Below are positions 1-12,100 of a stretch of DNA of 64,000 nucleotides, one piece after another. Where the stretch lies: assembly GCA_045580085.1 (NCBI GenBank), contig JAZNND010000038.1:38410-102409 (forward strand). The letters are read 5' to 3'. Origin of the DNA: Eubacteriales bacterium (GTDB taxonomy: Bacteria > Bacillota > Clostridia > Oscillospirales > CAG-272). Under the pieces are notes generated by a model, which saw only the letters and a program-made list of their open reading frames with translations, was not told the origin of the DNA and did not search any database. The number at the start of each line of letters is the position of its first letter. Position 1 is the stretch's first letter. Position numbers and translations under genes: made by a program.

Positions 1-407
1 TTCAAAATGCTTTTGTTAAAATTACAAAGTATATAAGCGCAATAAATTTTGATGCACCGGAAAAAACAATTAAATCTTATGTGCTATCAATTGTATCAAA
101 TGAAGTTATAAATATCGTGTCCGATTATAAGTATTACGACGATATAGACGAATACACGGATATATTGGAAGATGAAGATTTTATAGAGAGAATTAATATC
201 AAAGAATCTTATAATGAAGTTGTGAGAATAATAAAACAAATGGATGAAAAATATTCTACTTCTCTAATGTATTATTTCTGTTATGGAATGAGTGTAAAGG
301 AAATTGCCCAAATGTTAGGTCTATCCGAGAAAACAATTTATACAAGATTAGAGCGTGGAAAATTGATTTTGCTAAAGACTATAAAAGAGGTGCAGTACGA
401 TGGATAA
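1..407 (+). CDS. RNA polymerase sigma-70 family factor (ECF-like), 5' end cut by the window edge
   Basis: The frame is open from nt 3 (QNAFVKITKYISAINF...), so the GTG at 81 in the track is not the true start. A region-4 HTH is present (MSVKEIAQMLGLSEKTIYTRLERGKLIL). Its stop overlaps the next start (ATGGATAA, 400-407). Confidence 0.7.
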   Translation, partial: QNAFVKITKYISAINFDAPEKTIKSYVLSIVSNEVINIVSDYKYYDDIDEYTDILEDEDFIERINIKESYNEVVRIIKQMDEKYSTSLMYYFCYGMSVKEIAQMLGLSEKTIYTRLERGKLILLKTIKEVQYDG

Positions 408-1077
408 ACTTAGCAATAGAGTTTTGTTTAAAAAAGCTATTTTTGATGGTATGAGTCAAAAGTACGACGAAGAATTATCTGCTAATGAGGAAACTCCAGA
501 TTGCTCAAAAAAACACTATTTGAAAATGAGTAAAATTCTGAATTTTCAAATTGATAATGTGAGAAAAACGAATTTAAATAAGCGCACATTGATTGCTATT
601 TTGATAGCGGCTGCGCTCTTGCTAACAAGTTGCTCTGTTTATATTTTTCGTGAAGAAATATTTAATTTCATAGAAGAAGTGTACGACAAATATATTAGAG
701 TTTCATATAATGAAGACCACGAAGGGAATGGTGAAACCATTGAAAAAATATATTCGGTCAATTACATTCCGGAAGGATATGAACTCAAAGAAGAAGTTTC
801 TAATCCTTTGATGGTATACTATATGTGGGAAAATGCCGCAGGTGAAAGTATTGTATTCGAGCAATTCAATTTATCAAGTTCTGAATTTTTATTGGATGGC
901 GAACAAGGCTCAACGATGACTTTTGAGCATAACCAGTTAAAAATATATTTTAGACAAATTGATAACTCATATTATTACATTTGGAGCGATGGATATTATG
1001 CAATAACCATAAACTCAAGTGTAGAGATTGATAAAAATGAACTAATACAGATAATTGACAATATGGAAATAAAGTAA
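400..1077 (+). CDS. Membrane-anchored DUF4367-type protein, putative cognate anti-sigma factor
   Basis: It is translationally coupled to the sigma gene. It has one TM helix (LIAILIAAALLLTSCSVYIF) and an extracytoplasmic C-terminal domain (YIPEGYEL...) typical of DUF4367 partners of Clostridial sigma factors. Confidence 0.5.
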   Translation: MDKLSNRVLFKKAIFDGMSQKYDEELSANEETPDCSKKHYLKMSKILNFQIDNVRKTNLNKRTLIAILIAAALLLTSCSVYIFREEIFNFIEEVYDKYIRVSYNEDHEGNGETIEKIYSVNYIPEGYELKEEVSNPLMVYYMWENAAGESIVFEQFNLSSSEFLLDGEQGSTMTFEHNQLKIYFRQIDNSYYYIWSDGYYAITINSSVEIDKNELIQIIDNMEIK

Positions 1078-1084
1078 TTTATAA

Positions 1085-1112
1085 AGCGTGTCCAGACTGG
1101 ACACGCTTTTTT
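1085..1112 (+). terminator. Rho-independent terminator
   Basis: A perfect 10-bp stem AGCGTGTCCA / TGGACACGCT (1085-1094 / 1098-1107) with a 3-nt loop is followed by a T-run. Confidence 0.75.
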
Positions 1113-1136
1113 AAAAAAAAGGTGAATTATACTATT

Positions 1137-2205
1137 AAGTGCAACACTTTTAAGAAAAAAGAACACTCATATTGAATCCTGTGTTATAATGAAGTTACCA
1201 CACACCAAAATAACAAGGAGAACAATATGAGCTATACCCATTTTACCATAGAAGAACGCTGTTGTCTACGGGAATTTTACAAAAAAGGTTACAGTTACAG
1301 AAAAATTGCAAAATTATTGGGTCGAAACGTCAGTTCTGTGTCAAGAGAGCTGCGTCGGAACTGCACCCATATGTACGAGATACCATCTTACTATCCGCAC
1401 ACCGCGCAAAAGAAAAGCAATCTTCGCCGTTCATACTGCCACAGAGGTATGTTTTGGTCTCCGGAGCTTATTAAGTACATAGAAGAAAAACTGCTCGCAA
1501 CGTGGTCACCGGAGCAGATTGCAAACGCACCCTCTCCTTTCGAGAAAATGCCTTCTGCAAGAACCATATATCGTTGGATCTACGACAAGTATTTGCTGAA
1601 TGGTAATCTAAAGGTGTTACGTAGAAAAGGCAAAAGCCATTTAGGAAAGGAAACACGTGGTAAGTTTAACCTCGGTAAATCCATTAGAAAACGTGATAAA
1701 AGCGTATACAAACGCAAAGAAGCAGGACATTGGGAAGCGGATACCGTTGTTAGCGGACAAGGCAAAAGCAAGACTTGTTTTGCAACATTGGCAGAGCGTA
1801 AAACTCGACTTTACCTTGCGATGAAGATACCGGATAGAAAAGCCGACACTATGGCTACCGCCATTATTACTATGCTTTCGGAGTTTCCGAGCAAGCTCGT
1901 GAAAACGATTACCTGCGACCGTGGCGCCGAGTTTGCCAATTGGCAAACAATTGAGAAGAAACTAAATTGTGATGTTTACTTTGCTGATCCTTATTGCGCT
2001 TGGCAGAAAGGTACTAATGAGAACAGCAACGGACTCTTGAGAGAATTTTACCCCAAGGGGCGCAATCTCTCAAGAGTCAGCCCTAAAACTCTTTTGCGGA
2101 ATCTGTCGTTAATTAACAACAGACCCCGCAAATGCTTAAATTATATTTCTGCTCAGGATTCTTGGAATTTAGAATTGCAAAATCTTTCCTAAAAGTGTTG
2201 CACTT
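1137..2205 (+). mobile_element. IS30-family insertion sequence, apparently intact
   Basis: It has 16-bp perfect terminal inverted repeats: AAGTGCAACACTTTTA (1137-1152) and TAAAAGTGTTGCACTT (2190-2205). It is flanked by the direct repeat CTATT (1132-1136 and 2206-2210) and holds a single transposase ORF. Confidence 0.85.
1227..2192 (+). CDS. IS30 family transposase
   Basis: It has an N-terminal HTH (YSYRKIAKLLGRNVSSVSRELRRN) and DDE core motifs (HWEADTV, TCDRGAEF, NENSNGLLREFYPKG). GGAG lies upstream of the ATG. Confidence 0.9.
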   Translation: MSYTHFTIEERCCLREFYKKGYSYRKIAKLLGRNVSSVSRELRRNCTHMYEIPSYYPHTAQKKSNLRRSYCHRGMFWSPELIKYIEEKLLATWSPEQIANAPSPFEKMPSARTIYRWIYDKYLLNGNLKVLRRKGKSHLGKETRGKFNLGKSIRKRDKSVYKRKEAGHWEADTVVSGQGKSKTCFATLAERKTRLYLAMKIPDRKADTMATAIITMLSEFPSKLVKTITCDRGAEFANWQTIEKKLNCDVYFADPYCAWQKGTNENSNGLLREFYPKGRNLSRVSPKTLLRNLSLINNRPRKCLNYISAQDSWNLELQNLS

Positions 2206-2241
2206 CTATTGACAATTCACTCATATAATAAAATGATAGAA

Positions 2242-2727
2242 TTATTCGATAGGGGTGCTTAGTGGGCGCACGAATCCTTTTTCTCCCACGCCCGTCAAAT
2301 CGGCGGCAATGACACGGTTGCGGTAGAGAATCAGATTGGCGTAAACCTTGCCCTCGTATCCTTCAAAATGCGGGATAAGATAGGTGTACCGTGTGACGGT
2401 TTTTCCCGTGTATTTGCCGAGATCGAGCCCTTGCTCCTTTTGAATCTCATTGTAGCCGAGCAGAACGGCGTCTAAGGCTTTGGGAAGGGTGAATTCGGCA
2501 GTGCTTTCGGCGTCTGAGGTGATTTCATAGCCGTGCGCCGCGAGAAAAGCGCGGCGATCGCTTTCGGTGCGCACGCCGTCGTAACGGATGGAAGTGGCAG
2601 AGGCGGTGCTCATCGTTTCACGCGATGCCGTTGCGCCGTATACGGTAAGACCGGTTAAAAGCGCCCCCGAAAGAAGTAAAACCGACAAAAAGCGGAGCGT
2701 TGCCGCCTTGACTGTGCAAACAAACAT
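2242..2727 (-). CDS. DUF4830-like secreted/membrane-anchored protein
   Basis: It has an N-terminal hydrophobic segment. The C-terminal pattern FL..HGYEI...LP......YNEIQKEQGLDL.KY.GK.V.RYTY matches my memory of DUF4830. I prefer the ATG at 2727 (GGAAAGGA upstream) over the TTG at 2748 used by the track. Confidence 0.55.
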   Translation of the reverse strand: MFVCTVKAATLRFLSVLLLSGALLTGLTVYGATASRETMSTASATSIRYDGVRTESDRRAFLAAHGYEITSDAESTAEFTLPKALDAVLLGYNEIQKEQGLDLGKYTGKTVTRYTYLIPHFEGYEGKVYANLILYRNRVIAADLTGVGEKGFVRPLSTPIE

Positions 2728-3049
2728 ATCCTGTTTTCCTTTCCTCAAGATGTTTCACTGTACGTTATACCATATGCGCCGTTTGTTTTAAATATGACGG
2801 TTAAAAAATCGGAAGTTTCCTTCATTTTTATATATACTATATATATGGCTTGGTTCCTTCCCCCGTAAAAGCTTGTAAGCAAGCTTTGGATAGGAGCTTT
2901 TTCCACGCCTTTGAAAGTAAGGCGGAGGCGAAAGGAAGGCATTACGGCACTTCGAAAGAAGGAAGTTTCACGCAGAATTAACAATTTAGTTAAAATGCAC
3001 AAAACTTGTTCAAAATCATTGTGCTTTCATACAAATATGCAAAAAGCGA

Positions 3050-3078
3050 TTGACAAACATCGAATTTAGTGCTAAAAT
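3050..3078 (+). promoter_or_regulatory. Sigma-A type promoter for the giant gene
   Basis: TTGACA (3050-3055), a 17-nt spacer ending in TGC, then TAAAAT (3073-3078). Confidence 0.5.
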
Positions 3079-3140
3079 TTACATGGACGAATATCCTCTT
3101 ATGGGGGATTTTTGCAAAAAAATAATGTGGAGGAAACATT

Positions 3141-6100
3141 ATGAAGAAGAGAATTCTCAGTTTTCTTCTGGTTGTCTGCACGTTGCTGACTATGATTCCG
3201 GTTATGTCAACAGCTGCGGAACAGTCCGAAGAAGCGGTCGCTTCCAATGTGGAATCGACTAACGCTGATTATGCTGAACTTTATGTACAGGCGGGACTTG
3301 TTCACGCGTACATGGCGTTTGGCACCAGCGACGCTTCGTATGACATCGCCGGTGGCGTATGGTATGACCTTGTTGGTTCTGCCAATGCTACGCTCGCGGG
3401 CGGTGCGTACAGTGATTCCAACCTCGACGGTTGGAAGGTGGGCGCTCATGGCGGCCTCGTTTATGAGGACAATGACGCCTACAATGCTGCCGGCAACGGT
3501 ATTATTTGGACCGTAGGCTCCGGCGAAGGTCAGCTGAACCTTCCCGCTACTTATACGGTTGAATACCTCAGCCGCAGTGAGCTGCGCGACGTGCATGCTC
3601 CCTGGTCTACCGCAAAGCTCACCTCTGCCGCAGTTGACGGCGGTACCCAGTACACTGCAACCACAGTGAAGTGGGCCGCTAATTACGGCAAACTCATCAT
3701 CAACTTTAAGGGTGCGGCAAGTACCAAGTATTCTATTTCCATCAACGGCGGCTCCGCTTTTGATGTTACCATGAATGCAAACGGTACATACGCTTACTCC
3801 GGCTCCATGGGCACCGCGTCGGCGGACCACACCATCAAGGTTCCCGCAGGCCTTACGGTTGAAAGCGTACAGTACACCTCGCCGGTAAACGAGTTTGGTG
3901 CTGACCAAGGTTTCGCATTCGGCAGCCTTCGCGCACTGGTGTGGACCAACGCTCTCGGCTCGAACAGCTGGGGTAACGGTTTCGGTTCTGTTCGCTGGAT
4001 TGCTGCGAACAGGGGCTGGAACGGCAATGGTTACAACTGCGCTCAGCTTGTCAGTGAAGACCGTGTTTTTGCTGCCCATGACGGCAAGACTCTTGCTATG
4101 ACCGTTGTTAAGAAGCCTTATGAGGTTGCTGACATCGGCATGAGCGAGACCTACACCATCTCTTACGGTTCTAAGGCTTACGGCACTGCAAGCTACACGC
4201 ATACGCCTAACGCCACGACTGCTACTGTGAACGGCAATTCCGGTACCGGTCTTCTCGGCTCGGCACCTGTGTTCCAGGTTCAAAAGGGCGTTCCCGGTGC
4301 TGTTTACTCGCTGCGTATGTACGACTGCGAGATTGATGCCGCTGTAAAGGCACAGAACCACTTCGTTGATATTATGGCGTATACTCGCTATAGCATCGAG
4401 AAGTACAATGCACTCTCTGCTGAAACCAAGACGGCTCTTTACACCTACTTTGCAGACGCAGAGATTGAGGGCAAGGTCACGGCTGACATCGATGCCGCTA
4501 TCGCTCGCATCGAGGGCACTGCAAGCCTTGACGATACCCTTTATGTACAGAACGGTCTCGTTGCGCTTTATCTTACCGATAACATCGATATCACCAATGG
4601 TGTTTGGTACAACTCCGTTGCAAACGGCGCAAACGCAACCCTGAAGGGTTCTTGGCATGAAAACACCGACGGTTCCGTAGCTGTCAACAAGACTCTCTAC
4701 GGTTCTGTTTTGGCTGACGGCACTCTCACTTCCGGCAACTACGGTACGAAGTTGACCAGTAACTGGGATTCCACCGGTTCTTACCTGGATCTCGGTATTG
4801 CTAACCTTCCCGACAGTGATTTCACCATCTCGATGACCGCTGCTTACGATAACGTTCAAACCCGTGATTTCCGCACCGGTGAGCTCTCCGGCGGTTGGAA
4901 GAACGGCAGAATGATTTATACCGAGCAGATGCGTTTTATGTTCGGTTACTTCGGCACTTGGAACTCCCTTGTCGGCACAGGCGGTGACGCTCGTTGGGCA
5001 TACACCACCGGCGGCTGGCAGCAGTGCGGTGACTGGGGTGGAACGATGGGCGGTTCCGGTCAGACACTCACGCTCTTTAAGGCGAGACTCGGCACCGGTT
5101 ACTACACCGAGACCATCACCCGTGATGAGACGGTGGTAACTGAAACTCAGACGACGGCAACCTATGCCATTTGGCAGGATGCTTCCGGCAAGAGATCCGG
5201 TACCTTCAAGAGCGACAATGCTTCGGCTCCTATCTATCAGACCGATGAGTCCGGCGGTGGCTTCTATCTGTTCCGCCTCTGGCCTGCAGACGTCATCAGC
5301 GTTGCTGTTTATAACAGAGTGCTTGACGCTACCGAAATGAAGCAGAACCATGCAGCCGATATCGTAGAGTACTACGGTCTCGACATTTCCTCGCTCCTCA
5401 AAGAGGGCAATGAGAAGGCAAAGGCTGACTTCATCGCTCTTGCTGCAAACTTTGAGTTCTCTGCTGCAAACTTTGACGCTCGTAAAGAAGGCTATCAGGC
5501 AGCCATCAACTCTCTCGGTGCTGCCGAAAAGAGTGTTTATGACGATCTTTACGTAAGCGAAGGCTTGGTTGCTCTTTATACCATGTTTAACACCGAAGAA
5601 GCTCGTGATACGCTTCTTAGCGGTTTGTGGGGCAACAAGGTTGAAGGCGGTGCTGCAGCAACCGTTAAGGGCCCGATGTACGGTTATGATTCCGCTGTCG
5701 GCGCATCTTGGGGTTGGCAGCTCGGCGAAAACGGCGGTTTGAAGACTTCTTACGTATACGATACCTGGAAGAAGGTTGTCAACGGTAAGAACTCCAACAC
5801 TGCAAACTTTACCGGTGTTATTCTCGATCCCGCACTTCTTGATTCGACGTCAAGCACGGTTGAGTTTGTCGGTACGCTTGAGCCTCTGCTCTATGCGAAC
5901 GGCACTCCCTACATTACCAATGACTCGCTGGATAAGTACGGTGCATATGACTCTCTCGACTCTACCTTCGCTGTAGGTATCTGGAAGAACGTTTCCTTCC
6001 TTGCCCAAGGTCACAGCGGTGCATCCTTCGGTCAGGACCGTTGGCACTACCATTCCGGTTATTGGGGCAACCATAACGGTGCTTCTTACGGCGGTGGAAC

Positions 6101-9100
6101 CGCTACCTTCCGTGCGAACCTTGCGATGGATTCGATCATCCAGTTCGCAATGATGCAAACGGTAACTCCCGCAGCTACCGAGGGCGGTATAGCTACCTCC
6201 TCCCTCTCTTTGAATTTCAACAATAAGAGCACTTGGAACTTTACCTCCGACGGCAGATGGTATGATGATGCCAAGGACGGTGTATTCAAGGTGTTCAACG
6301 GTATCGGCGGTTCTATTTACGCGGTTCGCGTATATAACGACGTGCTCGATTCTACCAAATTGCTGCGCAACCACTTCGTGGATATCTTGGCTTACTACAA
6401 GATTGACACCGAGCAGGTTTCGAAGCTCACCGATGAGCAGATTGCTGTCGGTGCTGCTACCTTCGCAGATGTTCAAATCAACAACACCTCTAAGGCAAAC
6501 GTGCAATCCTTTATGGATGCTCTTACCGGCAAGGCTGCTGCTGATTCCCTCTATGTGAAGGACGGCTTGGTTGGTCTGTTTACCGCCTATAACAAGGATT
6601 TGACTGTTGATCTCGCTGCCGGAAAGTGGTTCAACAAGGTAGACGGTACCGCTATTACTCTTGCAGGCGCTTGGAAGAACACCGAAAACGGTGCGATCAC
6701 CAACGGTCCTTTCACCTACGGTAGAGCCAACTACGTTGACAACTACTACGGTGGCAAGGTTGCACTCAGAGACACCTCTAAGTACAACACTTGGAATCAT
6801 AACAATTACGTGAACCTCGGCATTGATATGCTTCCCGAGGGTAACTACTCCATCGAGATCGTTTCCGAGTTCTATGAGACCATGCTTCTCACAGACGAGG
6901 GCGAGAGAGTTCCTTACCTCAGTTATGCAGTTACTTATTGGTACAACAAGACCGAGAACGGCGCTACCACCGTGGTTTCGTCTACTACGGCTCTTGCCAA
7001 TACCGACACCGTTACTTATGAGCTGATTGGCACGGGTTATACCCCTGCGGACGGCTATGCGTCGAACTCTAAGGGTTCCGCAATCGGTAACGTAAAGGTA
7101 TTTACTTCTTCCGGCGGTCGCTTTGAGGGCAACCCCAACTATGCATACCGCTGGTATCTTGCTACTGCAGATAACGGTTGGGGCTCCTTCGGCTACGGTA
7201 CGCTCGGTGCTTCTCAGTACTGGGAAGATAAGGGCGGTGTATACTCCACCATCCCCGGTTCCGTTCAGACCAAGATGCTCACTCGTGAAATGGTTTACGA
7301 GAACGAGGCTTTGACCTCCGTTAAGTTCGGTCTTTACAGAAACGCTTCCAAGGTTGCTTACGGTACGATGAGCACCGACAGCACCAAGGGCAACGGCAAC
7401 TACTATCCTGCAGACGCTGCAGAGACGGTATTCTATCTCTTCAAGAATGAGGAAGTAGACCTTTACTCCATCCGTATTTACAACAGAGTTTTGACCAAGG
7501 ATGAGCAGAAGCAAAACCGTTTTGCTGACGTTGTTGCTTACTATAACCTTGATCTGACTAAGTACAACGATTACACCGACGCTCTCAAGGCAAGTGCTCT
7601 TAACGCTGTAGCAAACCTCGGCTTCACCTCCGACAAGGCTACCGCACAAACTCTCCTTGACAGCATCGCTTCCTACGCTACCGACGGCAAGACCGCATAT
7701 GATAACGCATATGTTCAAAGCGGTCTGGTTGGTCTCTTCACCAGCTTCGGCGCGTATGACGCATCCGTTGACCTTGTGAACGGCGTTTGGGCAAACAAGG
7801 TTGCAGACGGCGAAAACGCTACCCTCGTTGGCGGCGCTTACCTCTGGACCGTGAACCCCAACGGCGGTATGTACTACACGCTCAACGTGAACCAGTATCC
7901 CACCGCTGTAGCCAATAAGGGCGGCATTAACCTTTCCGACAGCTATGCGGATCTCGAAAACTTCACCGTTGAGGCTGTTTACAAGACGATCGGTATCACC
8001 GATTGGAAAGGCGAACCTTACTACTCTGAGTATACCGCACAGGTTACCGACGCTAACGGCGTTACCATTCCCGCGTCCGGCCAGCTGTACGGTAACTACA
8101 AGAGTGATCTCGCTACTCACCGTTTTGGTCTTTTGAATGCGTTCGGCTTTGCATCCCGCCGTACCTCCAACGATAACAACTCTCTCGGTATGTTCCGTTG
8201 GTACGTATCCAACTACCATTACAACATGCACGGCGGTGCTGCCGCAAATAGTGCTATTTTTGCTGCCATCGGTAATGATAACCAGGCATTCTATAATGCA
8301 CTCCGTTCCGGTACCTTTACTTACAACAAGGCTACCGCTGCGGCAGGTGTTACTTACACCATGGGTTACAACAGCTTGACGGGTATCTCCGGTACTGTTG
8401 CGGCTGATAAGTATGCTGAGCTTGCAGCATTTGATTATGCCGATTCTGCCGACAAGGCAGGCGAGTTCTCCTTGCTCAACGGTTATCCCGCAGAGGTATA
8501 CGCAATCCGCGTTTACAACCGCGCGTTGACTGAGGATGAATTCCTCCAGAACCACTTTGTTGACATGGCTGCTTACTTCGGTCTTGATCTCTCGCTGATC
8601 GGTGAGGGTGAAGAGGCTACGATCTACGCAGCATTCAAGAACATTTCCACCGAGTCCAGCGCTACTTACGTTAAAGCACTCTATGGCTTCTACGTTGGCG
8701 ACAAGGATGCTCTTGCAGCTTCCATCGGTGCACACGCAGGCTATGCTCCTTTGCTTGGCGATGAGTCCGGTTACCGTGTACGCTTCTCCATCGAAAAGGG
8801 TGCATATGACCTCTTCGCTTCCGGTTACACCATCAACTACGGTGCAATCGTAGCCATCGGCGAGTGGGGTGCTGACACCATCAACACGCAGGCGAATTTG
8901 ACTGTTTCCGTTGATGCAAACGGCAACGTTACCACTCCCAACTCTAACGCACAGGTTGTTTTGGTCGGCGGTACTTCCGACGGCTCCAACCTCTACTACG
9001 AAGATCTTGGCGACACTATGATCTATTCTGTCGCTGTTACTGCCGAAGCTGCCGAATACGGCGCAGGCATTCTCGTTCGTGGTTTCTATACGCTGACCGA

Positions 9101-12100
9101 CGGTAAGGGCAACACCAAGTATTATTACATGGATCCCGCTGAAGACGGCGTATTCTCCGGTGCAGTTTCCGTTATGGAAGCAGCTGATTACTACGTAAAC
9201 AAGTATGACGGCAACGTTGCTCTTGCTTACCAGTACATGAACTGCGCATCCATGCTCAAGGTTCTCGATGCTTGCGGTGTTGCCGCACGTACCGGCCTTG
9301 GCGGCGACCTCACCTTCTACGTTGAGGCTGACGGTTCCGATGAGAACAACGGCCTTACCAAGGATACCGCGCTTGCAACTCTTGAGGCTGCATTTGCTGC
9401 TGCAAAGGCACACTTGGCAAGCGACACCGCTACGGGCGTTGTGATTGAAATCGGCGAGGGCGAGTTCTTTGTAGCTGAGCCTCTCACCATGGATGGCAAC
9501 GACTTTGGCGATAAGGTAGGTTCCGTTGTGATCCGCGGCCAGGGCGACAAGACTGTCGTTACCGGTGCTGTTGAGATCGACGCTTCCTCCGCAGATGCTG
9601 ACGCAAGCGAGTTTGGTGAGTACATCATCAACCTTGCTGACGAAAACGGCAAGATTCCCGCATTCCGTTATCTCTACGCCAACGGCGAGCTTATGGATAT
9701 CGTTTCCGCCGGTAGCGAAGAGAACTACTTCGATGTTGGTACGGTTGTTGAAGATGCAACGGCTAAGACCGCCAAGATCTACATGGATCCTAACTACATC
9801 AACACGGATTATGACTTTATCGGCACCGAGGTCCACATCACCGTTGAGTGGAACTTCAACATCATCCACGTGGTTGACGTTGACGTTGACGATACCGACG
9901 CAAATGGTAAGGTAGCTGTATATGTAGACTACGACCAGTTCAAGAACATGGCAGTTTACAGCACCGTTAACAACCGTGAATACTGGCTTGCAAACGGTTA
10001 CGGCCTCCTTGCTAACGCTTCTAACGAAGGCGCAAACTGCTACTACTACGATGAGCACACCGGTAACCTCCATATTCTCGACGAGAACTTCGATTCCACC
10101 ACCTACGCTTATGCAGGTGTTGAGAACGCGTTCATCTTCTCGAATATCGACGGTTTGACGGTAGAAGACTTCACGATCACCGGTGTTGACAACAAGTATG
10201 TCACCGAGGATTGCGGTCTTAAGGGCGGTCAGGCAGGCTCCAACGGTAGAACCGTTGATGGCACTCTGTCCGGCGGCGACTTCTTGACTCTCGCAGCAAT
10301 CTTTGCTAACAACATCACCAACTCCAAGTTCGAAGGCCTTACCATTAAGAACGTCGGCGGCGACGGTATCAACCTCCGCGGCCTCGTTGAAAACGTTGAG
10401 ATCGTATCGAACAAGATCACTCACGTTGGTGAAAGCGCAATCCGCATCGGTGCTAACAACGGTACCAAGACAGCTAACGCTTACAATAAGGACATCGTGA
10501 TCGCTAATAACTACATTAACGGTACCGGCGAGTTCTTCAAGCAGTGCTGCGGTATGTTGATTACCAACGGTGCTAACATCTCCATCATTGGCAACACCAT
10601 TGTCAACACCACCTACACCGCAATTTCTATCGGTTGGATATGGCACGAGTCTACCAATTCCCTTGAGGCTGTCATGAGTGGCAGCACTTGGAACCTCGTT
10701 AACGTTGAAGTGGCATACAACTACATCTCCGACATCATGACTTGTATGAGAGACGGCGGTGCGATCTACATCCTCGGCGGTAACGCTGCAAACGATGTAA
10801 CCTCCTACTTCAACTACATGCATGACAACTACCTCGTTGTAACCGAAAAGACCGGTTTGCACGACGGTCAGAGATGGTTCATGGGTTACTACCATGACGG
10901 TGCTTCCTCCAACTGGTATGATTACAACAACGTTGTTGTTAATGCTACCACGTCCGGTGTAAGCAACTTCGTGCCTTACTATGTACAGGGTATTTCCGGC
11001 CAGCTCTCTCACAACGTGAAGCTGTACGGTAACTACGCGATCGGCTTTGCAAACGGCGAAGCACTCTATAAGAGAGCTGACCGTATCGTTGCAAGCAGAG
11101 GCATTCAGGCTAACGACTACATCTTCAGCGACAAGGCTATGAACAGCTCCGTTGTAGGTTCTGTATTCGGCAACTCCAAGTCTCTCACGCCTCCCAGCAA
11201 TGCGAAGGCTCTCGTACACTCCATCTTCCTTACTGCAGGTTCCGATCTGACGAGCGTTGAGGCTCTCGGCGGTATCGGTGCTACCGGCGGTTCGAAGGGT
11301 GAGTACGATCTCGTATTCGCAGGCGGCGAGGGCGCACTCGGTGCTATCACCGGTGGTCTTGAGGCTCCTAAGTATGCCGTTACTCTCGTATCCGAAGGCG
11401 AAATTATCGGCACCTATGAGGTTGCTGCAGGTGAAACCTTCACCATGCCCGAAGACGTAGCAGAGCCCACCAAGGCTCGCGGCGAGCACAGCTCCTTCGT
11501 ATTCACAGGCTGGAAGAACTACACCGAGGGTATGACCATCGTTTCCAACATCACCATCGAAGCAACCTTCGACGAGGTGATTGACGTTCACAAGGTAACT
11601 CTTGTAAGCGAGGGTGAAACCGTTACGGTTCTCGACGTTCCTTACGGTGCTCTCATCGGCGATTACATCCCCGAAGAGTACAAGGTGCTCGAGAAGGAAT
11701 CTACGGTTGATAAGACCTTCAAGTTCAAGTACTGGTACACCGCCGAGGTTGACGGTACCGGCGAAGTAGCTGACGGCGTGGCAGTAGAAGGTGATACCAC
11801 CATCTACGCGCTCTACTCCACTTCTACCCGTAAGTACAATGTTGATTTGATCGTATACAATCCCACCACCGGTGAGTATGACACGATCGAATCCTTCACT
11901 GCAAACTACAGCCAGAATGACCAGTACAGACGCGGCGACAGATTCACTGTTTATGTAGAAGGCGAAGGCTATGAAGTTACCAACCAGACTACCTTTGAAG
12001 AGTTCATGGCTCTTTACTGGCCCGAAGATACGGCTGATATCACTTATACGTATAACAACCGCTTCACTCTGGTAGAAGGTAACGGTAGATTCTTCTATCC

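Noticed and set aside
2868-2887. Perfect hairpin AAAGCTTG-TAAG-CAAGCTTT in the 390-bp region upstream of the giant gene
   Set aside because: It has no T-run and no recognisable riboswitch or operator context. It is too small to interpret.
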